From: Octopus sinensis
Taxonomy: Eukaryota
Assembly: GCF_006345805.1 (NCBI RefSeq)
Contig: NC_043015.1
Coordinates: forward strand, 14,260,001-14,324,000
DNA length: 64,000 nucleotides
Direction of reading: 5' to 3'
Shown: in pieces, positions 1 to 13,830 of the stretch
Position numbering within the stretch: position 1 is the stretch's first letter
Layout of the letters: each line of letters begins with the position of its first letter
Notes under the pieces: generated by a model
What the model saw: the letters and a program-made list of their open reading frames with translations, nothing else
Told to the model about the DNA's origin: nothing
Databases searched by the model: none
Made by a program: the position numbers and the translations under genes

Positions 1-45
1 TTTACACCACCTGTCTTCGTCTTTTGTTTTTTCTGTGAATTCTTC
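1..45 (-). mobile_element. End of Penelope-associated repeat (same family as 32225-32410 and 45340-45525)
   Basis: Reverse complement matches gaattcacaaaaaaacaaaagacgaagacaggtggtgtaaa at ~32231-32271. Confidence 0.6.
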
Positions 46-281
46 TCCTACATATATACACACACACATATATATATTTCTCCCTGAATGGGACTCTGGC
101 TTGTTGCAGGATTACTCATTTTTACTAGCTGAGTGGACAGGAGCAATGTGAAATTAAGTATTTTGCTCAAAAACATAATGCATTGCCTGTTCCAGGAATC
201 GAAACAACAATCATGATCATGAGTCCAACACCCTTACCACTAACCCATGTTCCTCCACACATACACACATGCATGCATATG

Positions 282-384
<103 letters not shown>

Positions 385-2680
385 CAACAAATGAACTGAA
401 GTAGCACTCAGCTCATATAGTTGGATTTGTATTTATTAACAAGTTGTCTTATCTCCTTGTGTTACTTGAAGTTATGAGAATGTGAAAAATACTTGACCAG
501 CTATGTGTGTCATCTGATAGCAAATACTCTAAGCAGACTGGTGGAGGTCTACTCATAGTTTTTTAATATTTCAAGAAATATTTTGAAATTACTGTGGGGA
601 GTATTCAAGTGTTCAGATTGTTATTTTTTTCAGAGTTCATGGATAGGGGGCAAAGAAAGACAATGGAGTTTTATATCATTTATATTTAGTGATTTAAAAC
701 TTTATGAAATGCAAAACAACTTGAAACACACACAGGTTTAATGGAAGAGTGAAATTAGTTTAGAGTGGGAGAAGGAAAGATAAATGGAAAAAAAGAAGAG
801 TAAGGTGGAGGGATAAAATAAGGTAAGAGGGAGCAGATGAGGGATTAACATGCTAATACTGAAATAAGAGAGGTCAGTGTGTTAAAGGGGAAAAATGTTC
901 ACTTTTAATCATTTCTGTCATGGTTCTGAAACTGAATATGAAATATTTTTCTTTGTTTCTTTGAGTATGCATATCCATTATGTGCAGAGATGCTGCACAT
1001 TGATAAATATGTAATGAAATGGCCAATTTCGTTGAAATTGGTATTGGCCGGCTGTCCCTGCATATGTAGAAATATGCTTCAAGTATATTTGCAAAAGTGA
1101 TCAGCAAGGCAAAGTTTCTCTCTTTTGCCCAGTGTAAATACCATCACAAAGTTTGAAGATGGTGCAATGTTTTAGGTTGGAAGATTTGCAGCCTAAGTTT
1201 TGGGTGATGTGGTACTGTGACTTATGCCTAGTGATGGTTGTAGTGTTGCTAATGTTGGGAAAAGAGTTGCTATAATTTAAAAGTTCCTCATCGTGTATAA
1301 TTGGTGCTGTGGAGCTTTTAACTAGGAATTTGCTTAAGCTCCTATTTTTCTTGAAGGTGAGGAGAGGTGATGTGGGTAAGATCAGAGAGTAGGATTTTGA
1401 AGCTGCAGATGTGTTCCAATGGGTGGGAAGTGAGAGCAGGCGGAATCTGATTTGTTGGAGAGTGGTGGCATAATAAATGGCCTTGGCTCAGTGGAATGTC
1501 GAGTCTACAATTGATCAAGTGTACTATCCCTACATTAAGAAATTTCATGTTCTCACATTCTGATTTGAAATTTGAAACAATGCTACACAGCTGACATGAC
1601 CAAAGGCAGATTTAGTACGCTCAGAGTGAAAGGAAGAATGGTGGAGATTGGAGTAGGGTTCTGGAGGTTTGTAGTGGCCAGAGGTGGGCTGGTGGATATT
1701 GTTAATATCTATACATGTATCTTTGTATGTGTGTATATATATTTTTCAGTTGCATTGAATTACTTTTTCCTTGTATTGACTTACTTTATCTCTAGATTTT
1801 TTGATACACAATTTATATTGTATTTCCTTCACACACACGCAGCACTTTGTCTAGATTTTTGATGCAATTTGTACTTCTTTCATGCATACACACACACACA
1901 TAATATCTCCTCATAGCTAGACATGCTTTCATGGAAGGCTGAACATAAAGAACACTACTTCAATGACAGTAGCGTTTCTTTACAACCATCATGTGATGTC
2001 AAGGCAAGGAGACATTAACACACACACACACACACACACAGATTGTTAGTTCTTTTACTATCATTTTTATGACTTGTTCTGTTATTTTACTGGCTATTGT
2101 AAGTGTGAAATCTCTCAACACGGAAGAGTAGTGTGATGACTTTCTTAACCCTTTAGCATTTAAACCAGCCATATCCAGCCCAAATATTCAACCTTATATA
2201 TATTCAGACTCACACATACCCTACAATGTCATTTTAAAAATAAACAATCACATCATCAAAATCTCAAAGCTACAAGATAATGCATGTGTAATTCAAAGCA
2301 ATGCAAATAAATAAGCACTGCATTTGACAGAATAATCCAAAAGCTAAAGATTTATTCTTGGTGCTTTTACAAGTAATGTTTCTTTCTTTGATTTCTCTAA
2401 TTTTGTAGTTAAAAGTTAACCCATCTCAAGTTAGAATTAATTATTCCCATCCTTTTATTTCTGTATTCAATGTTTTAGAGGTTTATTTCATTATTCAAAG
2501 TCCTCTTCCTCCTGAGATTGTGTATCATAAATTGAATATTGGAATTCTTATCTACATTTAGTTTCTGTTAGGATATAAATAAGAAAGATTGTGTTTTATT
2601 TGGTATAAGGGTTGTCTATGAAAATAGACACAAGTACTACTTATATAAGAAAATTTCTAAACCTATTTTAGAATTGTATC

Positions 2681-3595
2681 TGAGAGAGTCTGCCAAATGT
2701 TGACCCAACTGAGGGACCAGCTATCCAAATTGAGTGTACCCTGGTAGATAAAGCAATTAAGAATATGAAGACAGGGAAAGCCCTTGGCTCATCAGGAATT
2801 ACTGCTGAGTTGCTTAAAATATCTGGCAGTGTGGATTATGGTCTAGTCACCCATATTGTAAATCAGGTGGTTCATGAAGGAATCATACCCAATGACTGGC
2901 GTAGCAGCACCATAGTAAACTGCTACAAAGGTAAAGGTAATGCCTTAGATAGAAATAATTACAGAGGTATCAAATTGTTGGATCAGGTGATGAAAGTTGA
3001 GAAGAGAGTCATAGCTCAACTAATCAGGGAGGGAGTTAATCTAGATGAAATGCAGTTTGGTTTTGTGTCACTGATGCTATATTTCTGGTAAGGCAACTGC
3101 AGGAGAAATACCTAGCCAAAGATAAACCTCTGTACTTGGCTTTTGTTGACATGGAGAAAGCCTTTGACACAGTTCCCCAATCCCTTATCCGGTGATCAGT
3201 GTGGAAACTGGAGATAGACGAGTGGCTGGTAAGAGCTGTGCAAGCCCTGTACAGGGATGCTGTCAGTAAGGTGAGGGTTGGCAACGTGTATAGTGAAGAA
3301 TTCCAAGTAGAAGTAGGGATTCACCAAGGATCAGTTCTTAGCCCCATCTTATTCATTATAGTCCTCCAGGCAATAACAGAGGAATTCAAGACAGGCTGCC
3401 CCTGGGAGCTCCTCTATGCTGATGTCCTTGCTCTTATAGCTGAATTACTACCTGAGCTAGAGAAGAAGCTCCAGGTATGGAAACAATGTCTAGAATTTAA
3501 GGGGGCCTCAGAGTTAACTTTGCAAAAACCAAAGTCATAGTAAGTAGGAAGGCAGACAAATCACAAATCCCCTCAGATAGATGGCCCTGCTCTTC
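2681..3595 (+). mobile_element. RTE-clade LINE reverse transcriptase fragment, frameshifted
   Basis: ORFs 2765..3091 and 3199..3540: KALGSSGITAELLK, YKGKG..NYRGIKLL, MQFGF, GIHQGSVLSPILF, LLYADVL. Confidence 0.9.
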
Positions 3596-4074
3596 TACTC
3601 TCTAGCCTTGGGCAGACCTAAGCTTTATGAGTCAATTTAGTCAACAGAAACTGAAAGAAGACCATTGTATGCATGTATGTATGTGAGTGTGTTAGTGCTT
3701 TCTTGTTTTGGCTCTATACATTAATTATGTCACCATCACACAAGCAGTGTCCTTTGTTTTTAATCTTCTGTGAAAAAACATGTCCAGCGTAGGGGTAGGG
3801 TAATATTACCTTACTTGGAAACAGGTGAGGGTTGGTGACAGGAAGGGTATCCAGCTATAGAAAATTGACTGCAACAAATTCTAATCTATGAAAAAGTGGA
3901 TGTTAAAATGATATATACTTATATATATTTCATTATCTTTTTAAATCCACTTTTGCATGCTTGTTATAGGTCAGTTGGAATTTACGGTTGATTTTTATAC
4001 CGCCATGCTTTTACTATTGCCAGCGTTAATCTGTTTCCAAACAAAGTAATATTTTCCTGTGGTTGAATATATTT

Positions 4075-4350
4075 ATACAGAAGGTAGTAAACAAAGGACA
4101 CCACTTGAATAACAGTGACAGATAGTATGATGCCTGTGTATGAACAGCAACACTACAATGATCGTGAGATGTGGACCCTGAATGCAGAGTACATGCAACA
4201 ACTGGAAAAATAATGAAGCTAGTATTCTCCAGTAGATATTAGTGTGGACATACGACAAAATGCAAATGTGTTGAGAGGAAAATTAGGCATAAGAGGAATC
4301 AGATGTAGTGTGTAGGAGAGAAGGCTGCACTGGTATGGTTATATTTTGCA
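4075..4350 (+). mobile_element. RTE LINE 3' ORF remnant
   Basis: Decayed EKLGIRGIRCSV*ERRLHWYGYI-type RTE C-terminal sequence; likely continuation of the 2.7-3.6 kb copy. Confidence 0.6.
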
Positions 4351-4499
4351 CATGGCTAGCAATAGAGGGTGCATGGCTAAGTGGTTGATATTCTGTTCAA
4401 AATCCTATGGTCATAAGTTCAATACTGGTGAAGTATTGAGTATTTGAGCAAGATACTTTTATTTCATGTTGCTCCAGTCCACTCAGCTGGCAAAGATGA

Positions 4500-5200
4500 G
4501 TAGTCTTCTTCTTCTTAATCCTTTTTGCCCCTTGTGGAGCATACTGCCTCAACAGTTGTTTTCCATATTTTGCGGTCATTGGCGTGTTTCTTGGCTGCTT
4601 CCCATGTCAAGCCAGTGGTCCTGAGCTCCTCCAAAATGCTTCCATATCTGCTTCGGGCATCCTCGCTTCCTTTTCCCCTGTGGGTTCCAGTATTTAAAAG
4701 AGCCAACTTTGTCACATCTGTATTACACTGAATCTCCCTAAGAACTATATTTAGGGCATGTGTATCTGTGGATGCTCAGCCATTTGCACATTAATTTTGC
4801 AAGTAAGTTGTTCCATTGATCGGATCAACTGGAACCCTTGTCATTATAACCAACAAAAAGCCAGTTTTATGGATGACAACAGCTGTATAAAAAAAAAGTG
4901 CTTGTTCCTTAAAGTGGATGAAACTTGTGAAAGCAGGAGACCTAGGAAGACATTGGATGAATAGCGAAAATGTCTCAAAATGTTTAGTTGCACAATGGAG
5001 AGGAACAAGATGATTGACATTTTGCTGTGCTTGATAAGACCTGTCTACCATGGCAAAATTAAGATCCAAGAAGCATTGGACTTATATCTATACACTCTCT
5101 GGGTCCTGCCCCTGTACCCAATCTGTCTCCTATACCCAGTCTGCTCCCATCGAGCTTTCTCCACCTTTCACCATGACTGGAGTGCAGCAGTTGCTTAATC
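4500..5200 (-). mobile_element. RTE-like LINE 3' end
   Basis: ORF 4515..4715 ends TGLTWEAAKKHANDRKIWKTTVEAVCSTRGKKD*, a typical RTE C-terminus, followed by a (GAA)n tail. Confidence 0.7.
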
Positions 5201-7453
5201 AAATAACACATTTAAATAGCAGAAATGATCATCATTATTACAATGGCAACATTAGCTCACTAACACTGTGTATCATGATTCTTTTCCTTAGGCAGCAACT
5301 GTAAAAAGTATGAAAATGGCTAATATTTCCTTCAAACTTCGCTTTTCTTACATTTACTCAAATCCCAAAGTCTTCCTCTTAACATATGGCTATGGTGCCG
5401 CCCCACACTACTCCTGCTCATAATCAGATTCACATATTGTCAGCCACTAAGCGACATGGTCAAGTGGTTAAGGTCAAGCAACTGACAAGCAAATCTGTGG
5501 TACTGAGCAGAATGTTTGCTATAACAATATTTCAGCTTCAGTAACTCAGCATTGAGTCTTTTTGAAACATTGATGTCCAGGTCACAAAAGCAAAGTTTGA
5601 AGGGAATAGTAGTCACTTCTTTTGGTTTCTAGATAGAAGCAAATAGGAAATAACACTTACTGACCAAAGAAAAAAAATTTTTTATTTGTTACACAGTGTA
5701 AGCATCAACTGACAATAGAGCAGTTTAAATACCTTAGGGTTGTATTCATGAGTGATGAGAATTAGGAGGTTGAATTGGATGCTGGAATCACAGATGTTAA
5801 CATTGCAGCTTCAGCATTCAATTCTTAAAAGAGAAGTTGATAAAAAAAACCAAACTTGGTATCTTCACTTTAGGTTCCATGCTTATCCCCACTTGTGGTC
5901 ATAATTTTACTCATTTACTTGTGAATATAAAACATGTAGAATATCTGGGCCAGGTATGGCCGGTTTAAACACTAAAGGGTTAAATGAGACTCAAACTGCA
6001 CACACCTGCTGAATGCAGTGTGACAGCCTGGACAATCTGTTGCATTCTCTTCAGTGTCCAGTTTATTATGTATGTTGGTTATTTAAGCTCGGGCTGGATC
6101 TAATTGACCAGACCTATCATCAAAGGCTTCTCAGCCATGAACATTCAACATGTTTTCAAATATAATTTATTTTGGACAACACTATAAAATGTGTCTTCTT
6201 TATGATGGTAAGATATTTAAATTCACTTGCATTTAACAGGAATATCCTATTTACCAAATTAATACTCTAAGCAACAAATTATACAATTTCAGTATATTGT
6301 TGGTCATAAAGATTAATGGTTAAATTACACTTGAATGAATTATTAGACAAAAACAGAACCTTTTTTATTTTATTTTGTTTTTACTTACAGTACATTTAAT
6401 GTACATGTATTGGTGTGACAGTCATGTAGCTTATTGCCAAGAAAGTTTTTTTTTTTTTTTTTTTTCATTTTCCTTTGACATTCTTAAATCCTTACATCTT
6501 GACATACTTTGAATTACTCAAAGATAACAACTAGGATCGTGCTGGTACAGAAAAGAATTAAGTAGGTGACTCACAAGGCTAATGTAGCTATTAATGCAAA
6601 CAGTATAGATTTAATTATAATATGATAAAAATATAAAAACAGTATTGTCAATACTTGGATAAAAATTGATTTTTTTTTTACAAATTTTATCTATCATGAA
6701 TATAAATATATGTGTAGCTGTGTGGTAATAAGGTTGCTTCCCAACCACATGATTCTAGGTTCACTTCCACTGTGTGGCACTTTGGGTAAGTGTCTTGTAT
6801 TATAGCCTTGGGCTGACCAAAGCCTTGTGAGTGGATTTGGTAGATAGAAATTGTAAGAAGCCAGTTTTGTATGTGTGTGTATGCATGTGTTTTCGTGTCT
6901 GTGTTGGTTCCCCACTACTGTTTGACAATCAGTGTTGGTGTGTTTACATCCCTGTAACTTGGTGGTTCAGCAAAAGACACCTATAGAATAAGTACCTGAC
7001 TCAACAAGAAAATAAGTACTGGGGTCAATTAGTTCAACTAAAAATTCCTCAAGGCAGTGCCCCAGCATGGCCATAGTCTAATAACTGAAACAAGTAGAAG
7101 AAACGATATATTGAAGAGTTTCATTACACAGAAAAACAAGATAAAATTGCACCAGAATCTCAACATTGATGGGCTGAATTGATAAAGATAATTTGAACAT
7201 GTTTGATTCTGTTGACATCAGTTATTTAACAACAAAACAGTGACTACTGTTGCTTTAACTCCTCTTAAAATGGAAGCTTCCAGAACAGTTTTATTCATAT
7301 CAAATGTTTAGTTTTATTCTACTTTTTACTAATTTTTAAAAATCAGAATGAATAAAAAAAGAATCATAAACAATTAATCAAGATTGGTGTTTTAAGAATT
7401 ATGTAATTAACAAAACTGTGCAATTGTCCAGTAATGCAATTTGTCAGAATGAC

Positions 7454-7495
<42 letters not shown>

Positions 7496-9559
7496 CATGC
7501 ATGCTAATACATATGTTACATTATATAGACATGATATGTAGATATCTGAATAAAGTTTAATATTTTATTAAATGAAATCACTAAAAATTGAGCCTTATCT
7601 GCTCCAGTCTGCATTACTAATCAAGAAGTATTTATTAGAAAATGTATTTTATTTGATGTTGCTCAGTTCGGTATTTTAGGGCTATGAATCTGCCTGCTAT
7701 TAACAGAACTTCATTTGAGATTTAATATTACCCAATCAAAAGCCAGTGAGCTGGCAGAATCGTTAGCACACTAGGCAAAATAGTGCTTAGCAGCATTTTG
7801 TCTGTCTTTATGTTCTAAGTTCAAATTTTGCCAAGGCTGGTTTTGCTATTCATCCTTTCAGAGTTGATAAAATAAGCACCAGTTGAGCACTGGAGTTGAT
7901 GTAATCGACTTAACCTCTCCCCCGAAATTGTTAGCCTTGTGCTAAAATTTGAAATCAATATTACCTTATCAACCTTAACTCTGTTCAGGAAATAAATCTT
8001 CATTATCTGTCAAATGAAACTTGTTCATAACACATTAACCCTTTAGCAGACAGATTACTTTGTCAAATGTAATGCTTATTTATTCACATTTTTTGAATTA
8101 CTCATGCCTTATCTCATAGCTTTGAGATTTCGATGATGTGTTTGTTTAGTTTTTGAATGACATTGTCAGGTAGCTATGAGAGGTTGCATCTGGCCAGTTT
8201 GGATATAAAACAGGTAGAATATTTTGCCCGGATATAGCCAGTTTGATTCCTGAAAGGTTAAACTTCACTGAGTTCCTTATCTCAGAACTCTCTCTTAAGT
8301 TGTGAACTATGATATATATTCATGAAGTATTTAACACACTGTTTCAACCAGGTTTCAATGACTGACATTAGGATTGGAGTGGATATGTGCATGATAATCA
8401 GATTTGCAACACTAGTGCATGATAAAAGGGTTTGGAACAGTGATGTGAAGCAAAATTAAATTCTCACTGCATAAAGGAAAAAATAAGAAATTAACTTTGT
8501 GTAGCTCAGATTATGACATGACTTACCAGCTGTCAGTGGAAAAAGATTGGCAAATACTGATCTACTATATTTATTATTATCTCTGTCTAATCAGATTTAT
8601 TTTGGTAGGGTTATTTCTATCCTTCAGTTGGTTATAATGTTTAAGCTACCGGACTGCTAATCCAATAGTAAAGAGTTGAAACTTTGCCATGATCACACAA
8701 TTACTTATATTTGTTTACTTGCATTAATGTTCATTTTCCTATACTAACAATGGGTGGGGAGTGGGAGCAGGCGTATTTGCGGCAGGATGCTTTCCCAGTC
8801 GTCAACACTTGCCTGCTTAATCCAAAGATCTCTGAAAGCACAAAATGACCAGTCAACAAGGCGTGTTTGCTCTGCTTAAAGTGAAGCTGTAGGATATCAA
8901 CATTTACATGCATTTCCACACACACACACACACATGCACACAATACGTTTCCAACAGTTTCCTTCTATAAAATTTATTCACTAGGCATTGGTCAGTCTTG
9001 AGGCCATTGAAGAAGACACTTGTGTCACATACCTCACAGTGTGACTGAACTTGAGACCATGTTATAAAGCAAGTTTCATTCAGCCATTCTTGTGCTTGTG
9101 TGTGTGTGTGGTGGACTCTCCTGTCAATTTTGACATGTACACACAGTTGTTCAATCAGGTGAATAACCTACGAATTAAATTATTGTGTAACATGGTTGAG
9201 TTTTTTCACCCTTAATGTTTATATGTGACACTATTTTAACAAGACTATGCCTTTCATTTACATAAATGTTTTTATCAGATGCACACATGAGTCTTGGCTT
9301 GAACCAAAATAAAGACATTTGCCCAAGATACCACTCAGTGAAATTCAACTCATGACTCCTAGTTTGCAAAGAGAACTCCTTAACTACTCGAAAATGCTTG
9401 TACCTATCTATCTATTTATCATATATATATATCATCATCGTTTAACGTCCGTTCTCCATGCTAGCATGGGTTGGACGGTTCGACTGGGGATCTGGGAAGC
9501 CAGAAGGCTGCACCAGGCTCCAGTCTTATCTGGCAATGTTTCTACAGCTGGATGCCCTT

Positions 9560-9593
<34 letters not shown>

Positions 9594-9595
<2 letters not shown>

Positions 9596-9764
9596 CGCAG
9601 GAGTGGCTGTGTGGTAAGTAGCTTGCTAACCAACCACATGGTTCCGGGTTCAGTCCCACTGCGTGGCATCTTGGGCAAGTGTCTTCTGCTATAGCCCCGG
9701 GCCGACCAATGCCTTGTGAGTGGATTTGGTAGACGGAAACTGAAAGAAGCCTGTCGTATATATG

Positions 9765-9797
<33 letters not shown>

Positions 9798-10005
9798 TTG
9801 TGTGTCTGTGTTTGTCCCCCTAGCATTGCCTGACAACCGATGCTGGTGTGTTTACGTCCCCGTCACTTAGCGGTTCGGCAAAAGAGACCGATAGAATAAG
9901 TACTGGGCTTACAAAGAATAAGTTCCGGGGTCGATTTGCTCGACTAAAGGCGGTGCTCCAGCATGGCCGCAGTCAAATGACTGAAACAAGTAAAAGAGTA
10001 AAGAG
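9594..10005 (+). mobile_element. Full-length, young tRNA-derived SINE (family A, CORE-like segment cttgggcaagt) inserted in (TA)n
   Basis: tRNA-like head (gtggctgtgtggtaag...ggttccgggttcagtccc), internal TA/TG microsatellite, CpGs retained. Older copies at ~6710-7100, 13520-13700, 15017-15350, 22240-22510, 44330-44650, 58111-58534, 62600-62950. Confidence 0.85.
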
Positions 10006-10038
<33 letters not shown>

Positions 10039-10268
10039 TATTTTGTTTTTGTCTAGGTACTTTCTACTTACCATGCGTGTGCTTATTCTAGATAGTTTTC
10101 TATGTTAAATTCCCACTTCACAATTGAAATGTTACTGTTCAGAAATGGTATACATATAGCTGTGGGTGTGGATATGTGGTAAAAGCTTTGTTTCCCAACC
10201 ACATGGTTTCAGGTTCAGTCCTACTGCATGTCACTTTGGGCAAATATCATTTTACTAAACTCCCCAGA

Positions 10269-11329
10269 TTGACCAAAGCTTGAAAAAAGCCCATTGTGTG
10301 TGTGTGTATGTGTGTGAATCATTTAACATCTATTTTCCATGCTGGCATGGGTTAGACAGTTTGATTGAAGCTGGAAAGCTTCACTAGGCTCCAGTCTGTT
10401 TTGGCTTGGTTTCTATGGTTTCTAATGCCAACCATTCCATAGAGTGTTCTGGGCGTCTTTTATGTGTCACCAGCACAGGTGCCTTTTACATGTGCTTTTT
10501 ACCATGATTTCACTTTGCTTGACATGTCTTCTCAAGCACAGCAAATGACCAGAAGTCTTGGTTGCTTGGCATTGCCTCTGTGTGACTCAATGACTGAATG
10601 TGTATGGATGTGTGTATTTGTCACTTTCTCCTTTCCTTAACATAATGTTGCAGTTGTAAATGAGTGTCATTATCATCCGAGCAGTATCATTCAATTTCAC
10701 TTTTCATGAAAACATGCCTGATCTTGGGAAAATATTATCTTAGTTGAAAACAGATGAGAGTTAGTGACAGGAAGGGCATCTGGCTTTAGAAAACCTGACC
10801 CATCAAATTCTATCTGATTCTATCTTCTAATCCATCACCATATGTTCCCTTCTTTTACAGTTATATTTAAATATTACAAAATGCTTTCAGAGTTTGGTTT
10901 TATATTTAACTTTATCCTTTTGACTTCTTTCAGTAATTATGCTCCTCGGGCAGTTACCCTTCGAAAAACTCCCAATGGTTATGGCTTTGTACTACGAGGA
11001 GCTAGATGTAAGTATATCTTATCAAACATTTTAATTTTGTTTCATGATTAAACTGTGGCCATACTGATTTGCTGTGCTTGAGAAGACATGTCAAGCAAAG
11101 TGAAATCATGGTAGAAGGCACCTGTGCTGGTGACACATAAAAGACGCCCAGAACACTCTATGGAATGGTTGGCATTAGAAACCACAGAAACCAAGCCAAA
11201 ACAGACTGGAGACTGATGCAGCTTTCCAGCTCCAGTCAAACTGTCTAACCCATGCCAGCATGGAAAACAAACGTTAAATGATGATTATGATCACACATAC
11301 ACAATGGGCTTCTTTCAGTCTTTAGTCAA
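10269..11329. repeat. Inverted duplication (arms 10269-10546 and 11067-11329) around the first Shank PDZ exon
   Basis: Perfect reverse-complement blocks of 70 nt (10416-10485 / 11115-11184) and 47 nt (10500-10546 / 11067-11113), plus shorter matching blocks. Confidence 0.9.
10934..11007 (+). CDS. SHANK: Shank exon (first in window): start of PDZ domain, NYAPRAVTLRKTPNGYGFVLRGAR
   Basis: Polypyrimidine tract + ttcag acceptor, gtaagt donor, 74 nt. GYGFVLRGAR matches the Shank PDZ carboxylate-binding loop (vertebrate GFGFVLRGAK). Phase joins the next exon in frame. Confidence 0.93.
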
Positions 11330-11589
11330 GTCATGAGATTTGGCTACAGGAATAGTACTCAACTCTAGAAAATTTAACTCGATAAACTTCGTCCAACACA
11401 TGCTAGCATGGAAAAGTCAACATTAAAACAATGATAATGTTTGTGGCATAACATCCAATACAGAACATATCACAACTGCTGAAAGATTTGTGCATATGTT
11501 TGTAAATGATCTACAACATATTTGTGTGCACACTGACACTACTCATCCAGAGCATGCTGACTTCATTTCTTTTAACCCTTTGCAAGTTT

Positions 11590-11830
11590 TAAGTGGTCAC
11601 AGCCCTTGGCTCACTGCTATGGAGCATAGCTGTTCATACACAGGCATCATACAAATTGCCTTTCTGAGGGAGAGGCCCTTTGTTACTAACAGAGGTAGTA
11701 GCTCTCTGAATTTTGCCCAGCCCACTCTTATTCTAGCAGCTATGCTTTCTAGACCGCTTCCACCACTGCTAATTTGGTCACCTAAGTAACAAAAACTGTC
11801 TACTACTTCTACTGATCCCACCTGACATTT
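11590..11830 (-). mobile_element. RTE LINE fragment
   Basis: ORF 11597..11821: VEVVDSFCYLGDQIS..ARIRVGWAKFRELLPLL. Confidence 0.85.
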
Positions 11831-11955
11831 GAGGAAGTCTATTTTCCATACATTCCTGGTGTTACATACACCTACACTTAATAAATTTTTTAAACGTTAT
11901 ATTATTTAAATTAACTTGCAGTAATTTCTCTGGAACTTTTTTTTCCTTTTTGTAG

Positions 11956-12077
11956 CTGATCATCAATTTCTTAATCATGTTTCAAATAATTCACCTGCCG
12001 TGCAGTATCTGGACACTGTGGATGCTGGTAGTGCTGCTGAAAAGGCAGGTCTTAGAGCTGGGGATTTCATATTGGAA
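11956..12077 (+). CDS. SHANK: Shank exon: PDZ core, (S)DHQFLNHVSNNSPAVQYLDTVDAGSAAEKAGLRAGDFILE
   Basis: ttttgtag acceptor, gtaagt donor, 122 nt. QYLDTVD..A..AGLR.GDFILE parallels vertebrate Shank QYLESVD..GVAWRAGLRTGDFLIE. Not in the ORF track (too short). Confidence 0.95.
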
Positions 12078-13227
12078 GTAAGTAATAAAACTTGAATTTT
12101 TATGTGTTATGTTCTCTTTTATATTATACAGTAGAAACCTGTTATAGCTAACCATTTAGTGGGAAATGACTATGCATGATGAAGATTAACAAAGAATAAG
12201 TGCAACAATATGTTGCAATTATTATATGCAGCCAGTTATCAGAACCACAATTTAGATCTATTTGTAATGCAGATCAAAATAGTGATGACCTTTAGTCTGA
12301 GATTAAACATTATCAGACAAACTAATGGTTACTCATGCAACATAAATTTACTGAGACATTACAGAATCATATGTTCTATCCAGAAAGTCCATGTGACACT
12401 AGCAGCAAGTCTGAAGTTTTAATTTATCCAACAATTTATCCACTCAGCTACCTTAGCATTACAGTATTCAATATTATTTCATATTACAATATTCATTGTA
12501 ATATGAAGTAATATAGGTAAATGGATAAGAATTTGTTTTCAATAGCTCATGCTAACTTTGACAGTATAAAATCTGTTTTTATTTCATTTCCTTATTGAAG
12601 TAGTTGATTGACATATATTCAAAGCAATACACTCAATATTCTATAGTAAAACTCATTAACAAGAATTCTTTGTCCTGAAATTTTAGTTACTTTTATTTTT
12701 CTTACGTGCTTCAGGGACTAATTTATTGCTACTTCTTACAAAATTGGTATTACAAAACCTCAAGGTGTACAAATTTCACCATTAGTTATTCAAAAGTATT
12801 TGTTGTCAATGCAGTAGCAGTTTCCACTGTTAAAATTATTTTCTGAAAATTAGTTTGTTTATACTAACTATATAATTCTATAATTCTTAGCTTCACCATC
12901 ATCTGTGGTAATGCCACAAGTGTGGGGGCTTGCTTCAGCCAATTGAGGCACTTGGTGTTGAATTGATGTTCTTTTTTCTTTCTTTTCCTTTCTTTCTTCC
13001 TCTTTTTCCTTTTTTTTTTTTTTTTACCTTTCTTCTCACATGCTTGAATTTTCTTCGGTTCTGGATTTGTATTTTAATGTGGTTTTGTATTATATATGCT
13101 ATATATGTAATAAAATAAAAGAAACAAATCAGATAGAGTATGTGGACAACATTCTATGATAAAAGAAAATCTAATAGTCTAGAATATTAAAAATTATTTC
13201 ACTTTCTTTTTCTTCTTTTTTCAAAAG

Positions 13228-13399
13228 ATCAATGATGAAAATGTAACTAGAGCTTCCCATGAACACGTTGTGAAGTTAATCAAGAATTCAGGCAACATGC
13301 TGAGAATGACAGTTTTAACTGTAAAACCAACAGATCAGGACAAAAATGCATTCGTCCATGAAGATGGTTCATTCACTCTACCAAGTCGCCGAAGACAAG
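13228..13399 (+). CDS. SHANK: Shank exon: end of PDZ plus linker, INDENVTRASHEHVVKLIKNSGNMLRMTVLTVKPTDQDKNAFVHEDGSFTLPSRRRQ
   Basis: T-rich tract + aaag acceptor, gtagga donor, 172 nt, phase 0 in and phase 1 out. Classic PDZ alphaB/betaF signature. Overlaps ORF 13270..13461. Confidence 0.93.
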
Positions 13400-13830
13400 G
13401 TAGGAATGCTTTACCTTGCAATATTTTCATGAATATTAGTTTGTATTGGTTCAAAATGTAGCACAGAAAGTAATTGCTTGTTATTTTCTTCAATTATTTT
13501 AAGCAGCTTAATAGACACACCTTGAGCAGAGTCCACTCTTTTGCAGGCTTCTTTCAGTTTCTGTCTCCCAAATGCACTCACAAGGCTTTGGTCAGCCCGA
13601 AACAATAGAAGACACTTGCCCAAGGTGCCATGCAGTGGGAGTGAACCCAGAACTATGTGGTTTGGAAGCAAATGTCTTACCGTACAGCCATGCCTACACC
13701 TGTTGTATAATTGGAGTAAAATATCTAGAATCTATTTTAGTATATAACATTTTTATGAAAAACTTTTAGCATGCAGCCAAGTGAGGATGTATTTCATTAG
13801 ATTATAACATTAAATATGGACCTTTTATAT

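Noticed and set aside
1200-1760. Purine-rich tract resembling an old LINE on the minus strand (similar tracts at ~24000-24450, 25330-25750, 27870-28240, 32660-33830)
   Set aside because: Probably decayed CR1/L2/I-type elements, but motifs are too eroded to call a family or boundaries.
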